From assembly GCA_029953675.1 (NCBI GenBank), contig JAMWBK010000007.1:372001-436000 (forward strand): a stretch of DNA of 64,000 nt, in the 5' to 3' direction. Each line of letters starts with the position of its first letter. Positions within the stretch are counted from its first letter, which is position 1. Positions 13,164 to 24,544 of this stretch are shown here, piece after piece. The notes under the pieces were generated by a model. The model was not told the origin of the DNA. It saw nothing but the letters and a program-made list of their open reading frames with translations, and ran no database searches. Position numbers and translations under genes: made by a program. Source of the stretch: Rhodosorus marinus CCMP1338 (lineage: Eukaryota; Plantae; Rhodophyta).

Positions 13164-13532
13164 ATTCCTTACATATAAACTCTGACAATATAGCTTCGTT
13201 TTCTTATACGTCTAAGCGTTTCCAACTCTCACGCGATGCGCGTGAGAAGATGTCCTTGTCGAACATGTAGACCTGTTAGTCGTCTCCAGTCCATCAGTTA
13301 TCAACAAACAGCTAGGTAGTGCACGGCAGTTACATTTGACTCCCGTTCAGATAGCGCTACTGAACAAGAAGCCAAGGAAATGAGTACATCGGCAGTCCCC
13401 CGGAGAAGGTCCAAAAAGTCAAGAGGTGAAAGTGTTCTCTAGGCGGACGAGGTCCGAAGGGTTGATCGCTTGGAGAGTACTGTGACTACATTTTGCGAGA
13501 GGAAATTGCGAGGCAATAGAAGATCTGGAGTC

Positions 13533-14404
13533 ATGATGAAGATGAATACGGTCCTTTCACACGGTAAGAAGTTGTCGAGCGTGATGCTGCGGAGGTTTTC
13601 CTCTGCGGCGTCACATTCGGTTGAGCTGTATCAGTACGAGGTCTGCCCGTTTTGTGCGAAGGCCAAGGCGACTATGGATTACTACAAAGTTCCGTACTCC
13701 ACTGTGGAGGTGAATCCGCTGTCGAAGAAGGAGCTCGCCTTCTCAGAGTACAAGAAAGTACCCCTTGCGGTGATAGATGGGAAGCATGTCATAGAGTCCG
13801 ATGCGATCATGGACCTCGTTCGGGGGTGGAAAACTAGTGATACACCGAGTGCTGATGAGTTAAAATGGAGAGATTGGGCTAATCAGAAGCTTGTAGTTTG
13901 TCTTCCACCAAACCTGTACAGGAGTCTCCCTGAATCATGGGATTCGTTTAAGTACATTTCCCGGAACAATAAGTTCGGATTGGCACAGGCTCTGTATGTC
14001 AGATCTGTTGGTTCCGTGTTCATGAGGATGATGAAAGGGCGTATGATGAAAAAACACGGAATTGCAGAAGAGAGACAACATCTTATGAGTCTGCTGAACA
14101 TATGGGCAGCTGACGCTTTAATGGGCAGGAAGTTTCAGGCCGGTGAGGACAAACCAGGCGTTGCCGACCTGGCAGTTTTTGGAATGTAAGTTTTTGACCC
14201 TCAAATTTGACAAGTAATTGTGTTTTTGGGGGAGTCTGGAACGCTGAACGAGCACTCGGCCCTCGCGCTCTTGCTCTTCGCAGGATGCGAAGCATGGAGG
14301 GGGTCCCAACGTTTGACTACTGCATGAAGCAAGACGTTGTGAGAAACTGGTACAAAAACGTGGAGGAAGCAGTTGGAGAGTCATCACGAACGGCCATAAA
14401 TTGA
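13533..14404 (+). CDS. PTGES2: Prostaglandin E synthase 2-like glutaredoxin/GST-fold protein, probably mitochondrial (2 exons)
   Basis: LYQYEVCPFCAKAKA (CPFC), VEVNPLSKKE, YKKVP, ESDAI, KPGVADLAVFG; intron about 14187-14284. Confidence 0.88.
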
Positions 14405-15868
14405 ATCCGAATCCCAAAGCGTGACCCTCGATCTGCCACAGACACGAATCCCACCTTAAATCCGCGGTTCGCCGTTTTGCGACGGTTGTTGAAAACCCAT
14501 GAGTTTCCAGAGACCCAGACCGCTTTCTGATAGATTCCATCTGTTCACAAAACTTGGTTACGCACTGCTCTGAAGCTTTCCAGCGTGAGCTCCACCCAGC
14601 AATGCTCTTCCAAGGACACGCCAGTCAACGTCATCGCAGAAACCTTCTCCACCCGGAGTCCATTTTGTCCCAATCCTGTCGTTTCGGGACAAAAAATCGT
14701 CCCATATGTGAGGAACTCCCCGGGCAGACTGTATTTTCACTCCCTATTTTTAGATTGACGTTTAGCCTCCAGCACTTACTTTTAGGTTAGAGCACGTCAT
14801 AGTTTACAGTAACCACAAGACTATATAAGACCCCGCTTTGCTAGATCTTGAGACCTAGAATTGAGTAAAATGACAAGTTGGTTTGAAGAGTTCTAACACC
14901 ATATTCCAAGGGAAGACACGTTGTCAAATTTTGTGGGAAAAAAATTATCCATTGTACACAAAACCCCTTCAAAATGAAATAAATCAATATTAGTACAGGT
15001 ACTAAGCGCTCTTAAAGGGAGTGCTTACCAAGGGGGTACCGTTTTTTGTTTTTTTTTCGCTTGCAAGGTTGGTAAATATTTAGAAGGGGGTTAAGTTCTT
15101 GTGTTGGCGGATATAGAAAGTATTTTTTAAACATTTGAGAAACAGATTTCAATTTCGACGTTTGTTCAACGGAGGGTAGAAATTGTAACGGGGTTTCGTA
15201 GGCCAGCCAGAGCACCCCTTAGGAGACCGATCTTTTAAGTGAGGATGTTAAGCTTACGGCCTCAGCAACAGATTTCTAAATCACAATGAAGGCACGAGCA
15301 CATGCTCAAACCCTACCAACATGCAATCCGCTCACCTGCGCCACCGGATGACCCCCAGACCCTGCCAGATGGAACCACCGTGTTCACGCCTCGAGGGAAC
15401 ACCCGTCCGCAGGAGGCTAGGTCGACTCCAAGATCATTATTCCATTCGTAAGAGAAGAAAACAGTTTATTGTACATTGAACAGTTACTTTCAGCCTACAA
15501 CGAAAAAAATCAGCTGTCCAAGTCGTACTTTGGGATCCAAACAGGTTTTCCCAGCCTCCTCCTCTTCAAAACGAAAAACCAGAGAGCAGGAGATGTGATC
15601 ATAAGCAATACAGCCAATGCTCAGAGTTGTCAGTGAAGACGACAGGACACCACACAAAATATAGCTTGAGAGTTGAAAATGTGGGTTTTTGATAACGCTT
15701 TCGATGTTTTGGTTGGTATTAATTTGGGGTTTGGGAATTTATGAGTAGAGGAGGCTGGTGTAGTTGAATCTTTGCAGAGAGAGAGAGGGGGGCGCTGGAG
15801 GTGGGTGGAGGGGGAGGGGGAACATGTCTATTTAAGAAAGCCATATCTTGAAGGATTTGGAAGCTACT

Positions 15869-17096
15869 ATGGCTCGGGGAGGAGTATTGATCTGTTCGCT
15901 TGTGGCGTTGGCGTTTTGGTTTGTTCTCGTCGGGTCTGTTCCTGTTGGAGTTGCGGATGAACTGGTGGTTAGACAAGGCGCTGATGATCCGGAAGTTGGG
16001 ACTGTGGAGGATACTCATGTGGCTGGAGATGATTCCCCCATGGTAGTTGACTCTGCGCAGCCGAAGAAGAAGGATGATTCTAAACACGCGGCTTCTAAGA
16101 ATGATGAATCGAACTTAATCGCAACTGCAGAGGACGATCCTGCTGATGTTGGCCCTGCTGATGATGGCAAAGCTGATAAGGGAGTGGAGGATGACTTTGA
16201 AGCTGATGATTTGGCGGACTCTTCCGAGGTCTCGGAGGACGATGCTGTAGATTCTGAACCGCGACAAGACGATGATGAGGCCAGTGCTGGATTAGAGGAT
16301 GATGCTTCTACCCTTACGACTGATGAAGAACTACCGGCTTCTGATGCCGAGGAGGAAGAGCCGACAAAGGAACTCGGCGAGGAGGAACCCGATGAGGCAG
16401 ACGAATATGAACCACTGGATGCGGAAGCCTATGAACACGAGGAAGACGACAAGGATGAGGCTATGGACATGAAGGACGACGACGAGGAGGATGACGAAGA
16501 GGAAGATGAATATGAAGAAGATCGACAAGAAGAGTACGAGGATGACGAGCTCCTGCCAGACCCAGAAGAGCACTACTCACCACCGGACCCAGGCGAAGCT
16601 AAGGAGGAGGAGCTACCGGATGAGGACGGTATTGATCCTGAGGTGGATCAGTACTATGGCGAGATGGAAGAGGACGATACAGATCAGGTCTGCTGGGCAA
16701 AATTCGAATGGAGCTTGATCTTTTCTTCTTTGGTGCGGGTTCCAGCGACTCAAAAAGAATGATTCTTGCCGACCTTTTTGTATCAATAGGTGCCACTGGG
16801 AGCAGAGAGTATCGAAGACGTCCAGGCGCAAGTCGACTCGTTGTATCCCGAAGGTATGGTCAAGGAGCCCCTACTTACTTTCGCGCGTAAAGACTCCAAC
16901 CTCATATTTCTGCCCGCGTGCGTTTGTGTGGCTCATTTGATTATCCATCTCGTTTCCTACAGACTACTTTAAGCTTGGTCCCGCGCTCGTCGGTGCCGCA
17001 GTGGTGCTCCTAGTTTTACCAGGAGCTGTGTACTACGGCGTGAAGAGGACGAGCCCTACCAGCCATCAGTATCAACCGGCCATGCGGATCGGATAG
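15869..17096 (+). CDS. Highly acidic (D/E-rich) type I membrane protein of unknown function (3 exons)
   Basis: Signal peptide MARGGVLICSLVALAFWFVLVGS, ~270 aa D/E-rich ectodomain; spliced C-terminus DYFKLGPALVGAAVVLLVLPGAVYYGVKR (TM helix) with a short tail ending at TAG 17094-17096. Confidence 0.7.
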
Positions 17097-17445
17097 AGAA
17101 ATACGTGGCGTTGGATTTCCATCATACTCCTATTTTTTCTCCTTGTTCAAAGTAAAACGTGTTTTTTTTGTATGCGTCTCTTCAGCTCCTCCTTTCTAGC
17201 TGGGTTTTGGCTTACAGGCACGGCAGTGATAGTAAGGAGGGTCTCCTGAAAAGCAGGTCGGAGCTCCCGTCAGGTCTGGAGGGTTGAGGGAGCATCGCGG
17301 TCCATGAAGGACGCGGCTGGTCAATGCTGATTTTGGAAAAGCGTTTACTGTATCCGTTTCCTTATTGAATCAAAGTTAGAGCGAACCACGGTCTTTCGTG
17401 ATTGCTTTTTGGTATTAAGCGTATGTTAGCGGGAGCCCGTTGATC

Positions 17446-18664
17446 TCATCTTCGGCTTCCGTGGTCAGTGGTTTTATCGTCGAGCCTGGGCCTCAGGCCG
17501 TAGACGTAGGGCCCACGGACGCCTCCGTGGCCGCGTCTATCCCACTCACCAGTTACAAGCAGATTCAACACCTGAAAAAATTTCTTAATGTGGTTCACCG
17601 TCACCCTGACCGACGGCGGCACCAAGGTCGAATTGCGGATATGGTCCTTAATTATGCACAACCGCACCGAGTCGCGACTCGTTCTTCTGTCCGTGTTGTC
17701 AGTTATCTCATAAAGCTGGTGGACATTTCGAGCGATTAGGCGAAAGAGTTTTCGCTTCGCTTGGTTGCTAGTGATTGATGGGAGGTTGTCCTCCTCTGAC
17801 ATCTGAACGACGAGAATGACGGCAGTGATTCTTCCCCCAGTCAGCGTGGTGAGGTGAATTACGAGCAGCTCACATGGGAAGCGAATTCAACCTCAAGCGC
17901 TTTGTACGGGAGTCATTTATTTGCTATGAGTGCGTGGCTTACCAATTCTTGCAACCTCTTCTCTCGTTCATGAAGAGTCTGCGGGAACCATCGCTCACTC
18001 GAGGGCATGAAAAATTCACCCTTCGAAGGCCCAGGATCACGACTTCCAGTATCTGAGGAGTCTGTAGTGTCATCATGGGAAGCTTTGCGACTGACAGTTC
18101 GGACTTCCCCAGGTCGGGGATCAGCTGCCGTTCCGGTCCTGCTTCGCTTGCCCTGTAGATGCGCAGTTGGAAAAGGAAAAGTCGTCCCACAATTTGAATC
18201 AGCAACGAAACAATCAAAAGGAGGCGCAAGAGCAGTATAATCAAGAACCGAAAACATTTGCTCACCGATTTCGGCTTCCGGGGCTTCACAGCCTCCGCCT
18301 TCGCTTTCAATGCGCGTCCACGCTGTTCCGAACTGGTTAGGGTTCGCTTACTTCCTTCGCTTGCAGTATCGAAAGCTTCGCGTCTCTTCGCAGCAGCGAT
18401 TTTGATCTCGCTGACGACAATCAGAAGAGTGCCCCTCCTTAAGCCGGCTATAATCTCCTCGGGTTTCCCAATTATCAAGCGGTGGATCCTTCCAAGTACA
18501 ACCACCATACGGAAAAGGTAAGAGGTGCCGAAGAACCGCGCCCTGGCTCCCCTGACCTTTATCACCCGTCTCGGGTACACCCGAGAACCTGGCAAGCTTC
18601 TATGCTTATTTCCCACGAGCTCGTAGTTCTCCAGCAGCCGACGTTGCCGCTCACATTCGTACAA
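17446..18664 (-). CDS. Multi-exon coding region, either an independent hypothetical protein or the C-terminal extension of the adjacent cryptochrome-like gene
   Basis: ORFs 17939..18664, 17913..18257 and 17446..17802 are separated by GT..AG intron-like segments. There is no ATG or promoter island of its own, and ERQRRLLENYE resembles the final photolyase helix. Confidence 0.45.
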
Positions 18665-18741
18665 CCCTAAAATTGATACCCGTGACCTCGACAGAATCTA
18701 ATAGTGGATATCGAACAAACGTGCCACACCGCCTAGCCGGG

Positions 18742-21108
18742 TTAGGAAGTCGCCCCCTTTTTCTCTAGCACTAGCTGCTCACATACCTTTCTCGGAGCTT
18801 TCCATGGACAGAGGACGTACGTATCCGGCAAGTACGACATCTCGGGCAGATATCTCTTCACGTAGTCAGTGAAACCCTAACAAGAGAGCGCATCCGTAGT
18901 GCTAAGTAGTTCGGAACTTTCCTGGGCTAGATTGTTTTTGATTCACGGTGAATTGGACACCACAATACTAGCTTACCCGATGTCTAAGCCATCGACCCAC
19001 ATTTGGCCCCTGAGTGATCTTTTCCGCGGGGATCAGCATCCGCTCAAAGAGCTGGCATCGAAACTGGACTGTCGCCCGCTTCTTGTCCACGTACAGACTA
19101 TTGAGAAGCGTAGCGATTTCCTGCCACGGCACTCGCAACAGCACGATGGAGAAAACCACTAGAACAAATTCGTTCCTCATGGGCAACCATCCATCCTGAT
19201 TCAGCTGGTTCATTGAGGCGTCAATGACCGGAAAACCCGTCATTCCTTTCTTCAAGGCCTCGAAAGCGTTGTAGTCGGCCATTGTATTCAGTATCCGTCT
19301 TCGAAACAGTTCTTCCGCGTCGAGTGGAGCTCTTCTTCTTGCAGCAGACTTCTTATAGTCGTCCCATTCCCGCAAGCAAATACTCCGCAAAACTGAATCG
19401 CTGCATGCACCAGTCTGCTGCATGAAATGATACACAACTCGCGGAGATATCTCCCCAAAGCTCAGCTTCGGACCCAACATCCCGAGGTCGAAGAAAGGCG
19501 AGTTGTTTCGGTTGACTTCGAAAACGCTTGTCAGAACATCTTGCACCACATCGCATCCCACGTAGTTTCCCCATGCTGCGGCAATCCAAGCGGCACCAGG
19601 TTCATCTTCTCTGACGAGCTCAAACTCGTCAAGAGGAGTGGAATACAGTGTGTGTGAAGCAAAGCATCGGACAGGATCAGAGAGAGGTTTGTGCGGCATG
19701 GGAGGCGGAGTCAAGCTCAGCTGTCTCCTCCATCTGCTCATGAAGGTTTCAAAATCGGTGCAATCCAGTAGAACATCAGAATCTACTAGCAGATCAGAAC
19801 GATAATCATAGCACGCGACTCCAGACTCACGCAGTATGGACGAGAGTTCCACCTCCTTTTCCCTGTCTCTGGCCGACGTGCTCCGATTGAAATATACTGC
19901 ATCCGCGTCAACCTCCCTCACTAGTGCACTAACTTCATCAACTAGGCGGCCTCGACACGGTCGAAGAACCAAATCAGCACCAAGAGCTGCCAGTTCTTCA
20001 GACAGAGATTGAATGGAGTGGTTCATCCACCTGACGAGGATAGGAGGGAAAAGGCGCAGGTAAGCAAGCAAGCAAATTGATCCGTTTTGGACTAAATGTG
20101 CTTCTGACGATCAACCGGGAGGCATTACCAATTGCAGAAGGTGGACTGCCTTGTCCCAGTGCCAAACGGTTTCACTTTCTCCCCAGAAGGTCCCGCAATA
20201 GGCGGCGCTCGCTCTATCGATGCCCGCTGCTGGATGTTCCAGACGTCTACGAGCTTGTCACCGTTCAGGTCCCGGCCGGCTCCTGGAGCCGTGTGACGCG
20301 CTTCGCCTGGTAACAAACGGTCGACTTCCATTTTCTGAACTGACTGAAAGCTGTCTGTAATAGGCGAACCAATGGTCTCAGTATGCTCTGTTTTGGTTGT
20401 CGGTCTGACGAAACGATTGATTCTCCTCTGCATATCCCTGGGAACTATTCTAGGAGCTCTTCCATCCACAATTTCTATGTCCAAAGGTAAGGAATCACTC
20501 ATTCGAAAGTCCGGGGCGTCTCTGTAGCTATCGTCATCTTGAGGTTCATCCGGCTCCATGATGAGCACCAGCAGCAGGGGGGTCATTCGCCTCACAGCCG
20601 CGTGCAGCGCAAGATTATCATCCACCCGCAGATCCGATTTGCGAAAGAGGACAATGCTTGGTCTGCGATACCACGGAGCTCCAGGTGAGGACAGATCCAA
20701 ATAGAGAGCGCCAGGCCAATCGAAATCGGGCTTTAACAAAGCGTCGTGCTCCTCCTGAGTGACATGGTTGCTAGAAGATGCCTGGGGATCACCCTGGATC
20801 CCATAGATTACTTCCCGCAAGGAGCTCGGGACTCTTCTCCTTTTCTTCCTATTTGATCTGCGAGAACCTTTGCTTCCCGTACCGGGTTCAGACATGCCAC
20901 CCAATGGGGAAGCATGACTACCGCCCGAGCTAGTGCCATCGGTTCGGCGTCCAGTAACGGGGACATCAGAAGACTGTGTCCGTCCTGGGCCTAAAGGCTC
21001 CGGTGGGAAGAAGAGCAGCTCTTCTTCGTTGACAAGATTACTTCCAATGTTATGCGAATCCTGTTGAGAGCCGTAGCCCCCTCTAGAGTGTGGTTGCATG
21101 GACGCCAA
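18742..21108 (-). CDS. Divergent cryptochrome/photolyase family protein (plant-CRY-like), multi-exon
   Basis: SIVLFRKSDLRVDDNLALHAA; spliced NWWMNHSIQSL..LGADL; DADAVYFN; LSFGEISPRVVYH; GMTGFPVIDASMNQLNQDGW; a later exon reads DYVKRYLPEMSYLPDTYVLCPWKAP. The 3' end is uncertain. Confidence 0.85.
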
Positions 21109-23303
21109 AGAAACCAGGCTATCTCAACCTTCCTGCGTCCCAGAAACCATTCATTGTCCCAAACTGCGGAATCGGACAAAGGACAACACTGATCATGTCA
21201 TCTGCAGTACGCTTTAGTAAACAGTCCACAGCACCACTCCTCTGACAAGATCAAAAGCTCTGGATACCAGACACCCCTCAACCCGGTCGAATATCATGGC
21301 CGAGCCGAATCGTCTTTAGTACACCCCACCCCCAGGCTCCAAAAAACCCCTGATCCACCGCTGCACTCACCACAAGTGCACAACGCCAGATCTCTAAGCT
21401 GCCACAAACCCAGTGGAGGCCTCCTCACGATGTTCCGCCAGACGACTCCTCCACGGCAAAATGCGCACCCCCCCCCCAAAAAAAACTGAACCTCCCGAAA
21501 TTCTTTCTTTCGTTTTCTTTTTCGCTTGGTATCTTTGCTTGCTCGTTATACTACTTTCGATCCTTCGTTCTGCTCACTTACAAAATCGCGCCTTCACCAA
21601 TCTCGCCTGTGACCACATCAAACCCTATGCTCCTTCCTCCTTTATATGTGTTCCATCTCATCTCTCTCTGCCGTCTACGTTTCAGTTTCCTCCCTTCCCG
21701 TCTCCCTCTTGCCCACCCCCGACGATCCCCCCCTTCCGGTGAATTCTAAATTTTCCATTTCATTCTTAACACAAGAAAAACAGATCAAAAAGGAAAACCC
21801 TAATCGTCTTCACCTGCCCCCCCTCCCCTCTACTAAAAACTATTTCTTTACAAACATCTTTAAAAAACAATAATATTTTCGTGACGCTCCCTTAAAACTT
21901 GAAAGTTTTACATCATCATTAAGTCTCTCATATATCCTGGATCTTGAAAAATATATACACTAGACAATATCGCGCTTGGTCAGCTGACGGGAAACGCGAC
22001 CCACAAGTTGACACCGGATGGTCGAGGTTAGAACAATGAAAAAGGTGGAGGGGTAAAGATATTTTCAGTGTTACTACTGGGTAATTATTATTTTTGAGAT
22101 ATTTCGTATTAGTTTGTTTAAAACTAGTTTTTTGATTCAGATCATATTGGAGAGGGGGGGTTTTAGGAATGGTGGCGGATTCGAATTGGATGTTTATAAA
22201 GGGGGTTCAATTCATGTGCAAGTTAACTGCGCTTAGGGTTGTTGGGTTGAGTGGACCCATTCTCTCCTCCGGCTCCTTTGGGGAGAGATGCCCCCGGTCG
22301 CTGAGGTTAGAAGGAGGTCTGGCGACTGTCCCTTTTTTCTTCTTTTTTTTTCTGATGGATGGCCTCTGAAGATTAACACAGAAACAGGTTTTTAGGAAAG
22401 CGAACAGCGGCGGGCGGGTGTCCCTTGGGCGGAGTCACAGGACTTGCTTATCAGCTAAACCATAGCAGCTAGTAGGCACCGGCACCCTCACAGTTGCCGC
22501 AGGGTGCTGTACTGGTTGGCCGCTTTTGGTAGTTGATGGTCGCATCAAGATGAGACCAGACGATGAATAACGATCCATCCTCATCATGACCGGTTGGTTT
22601 ATACAACCTCACAATCCTAAGTCGGGGTAGAGGGGGATCAAGGCGGCGTTCTCCGGTCCACTGGAAAACTGACAACCGCAGGTGGGTGTCCTACGAGAGG
22701 GAAGGGGGAGTCACAAGTGTGTGAATATTTACCACTGATCATTAAACCCTAGCTACAAAAATTGTCTGGCGTTCTACTGGGGTTGGCAGGTTGCTGCACT
22801 GCGGAATCCACTGTTGTCGCACAAGTTGTGTGTCAATTTTTTGGTCTGTTCGAGTAATGCGGCAGTTTTTCTGGAAGCTCGCGCTTTCGTTCTTGTGTTC
22901 TACTGATGGGCTGCGCGCCTCCCTAGGCTTTGTTTTGGTGTGATTGTACATATCTCCGGTAGTTCATGGTCGATGCACTGGGGTTTCAAACGTCACCAAT
23001 CTTAAGCCGGCCTGGCCCAAAGAAGCTTAGCACCGGATCGTGTAGGATCATGGCAGCGTTCTAGTGGCCATATGTTTGGTATTCGATCTTCAAGATGAAC
23101 TGTTGTTCACCAGCACCGCTTCATGACTGTTCACAAATACTTACCCGCTCTTTCGAGGATTACCTTAGTACAAAATCGTACGATGTAGTACGGTGTCGGG
23201 TTAGGGCGCAACCGTTTCCAGTGCAGCTCACTAATGCAGCGCAACATTAATTTGACCACTATCTAGGGAAACGGTTGGCATTTAACACTGCACTCCGGGG
23301 TCT

Positions 23304-23699
23304 CTAGCTACGACAAAAAGAAAATACGGATTCAGAGGCTGGTCCGACTGATCCACACTCAGAGCTGCTAATTGCAAGGTTCGCTTTCCCTTCCCAAAGG
23401 GCGTCCTGTTTATTTACGCGCACGCTGAGCTCCTCGGTCTTTTTGATGAGCGTGTGACTGTATCCTTCGCGAAGAAATTCCTGAATTATCTGCTCTGTCC
23501 GTCCAAGCGTTTCAATGGCAAGCGGTATGAATTTGTCATCTGGGTGTTTAGTCACCATTACCTCCTTAAAGTGGGCTTTTATCATGAATATGCGAAATAA
23601 ATTTTCAATAATTGGCATGTCCCAATGCCGACTGCCCCAAACGTGCCCCAAACGTGCCCCGAAAGCAAGTGAGATCTGTTGATTTCTAATTTGTATCAA
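23304..23699 (-). mobile_element. Degenerate C-terminal fragment of a CRE-like (restriction-like endonuclease) non-LTR retrotransposon
   Basis: KFIPLAIETLGR followed by EELSVRVNKQDA resembles the F.P.a.Et.G ... rlSvalqrgNA motifs after the RLE domain. No RT domain was recognised; an 11-bp tandem repeat GCCCCAAACGT lies at about 23634-23660. Confidence 0.4.
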
Positions 23700-24544
23700 T
23701 GGTGGGCTTTCAACCTTCGCGGGGCATGCCCCGACGCCTCAACCCTACTTGTTCCCACTTTTGCTGTGGAGGTGTCAACCCTTGCCTAGATCGCATCAGA
23801 CCCGGATGTCCATCGTCCTTCATTCTTGGTCTTCGTTCGTATTGGCTAGCATTTACAAATCTAGTTTACGACAAAGCCGATGTAGAGCTCAGACCGAAGC
23901 CGAAAGAGTCGGCCTGCGCAAGTACTATTAGGGCTAGAGTCACGCGCGAGAAGGCGCTCCATTGTGAGATTGGGGCGAGCAGTGTTTTTTTTTCGCGCGT
24001 CGCTTTCATCAGAGACATTTAAAAGACTCGTGACATCGTCCTGTTCTGTCTCCAAGCCTTACCTCCTTGGAGCAATGTTTCTTTTCTGTCGCGACTATAC
24101 CTAATAGCTTTACCGGCATGCAAACATTTTTTTATGCTACTCGTTCTACCGAATAGCGGTTAGTAGTTAGACGACGTTCGTAGTTGTGCGTTGTTCTCCA
24201 GGCTGCTGACGAGGAATCCATCTCTCGGGTTGGCTGGAAGCTTCTTGATGGATAGCGATTGGAAAGCTGTGCAAACACACCCGGGTGACCCCTTTCCCCC
24301 AATGAGCTTTCATTGAGCCCCAGAACTGAACCACCCCTCGAAATTCTCCCATCGCGGGCCTCCACCGCGGCCCCGCTGGCTCTTTGCGTGGTACTGTCTC
24401 AACAAGGAGTTTCTTTCGAAAACTATGCGAGTCAGCAGTCTCAAATAGGCCAGTCTAACCTCTGGAGGGCTCTCTGTGAACATCAACGTGAAACAGTGAG
24501 AAAGGAGGAGGTCTGAGCACGGATTTCTTGGCAATGGCATCAGC

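Noticed and set aside
23137-23145. ATACTTACC resembling the U1 snRNA 5' end
   Set aside because: It does not continue as U1 (no CTGG, stem-loops or Sm site seen); it is simply the complement of a GTAAGTAT donor-like motif.
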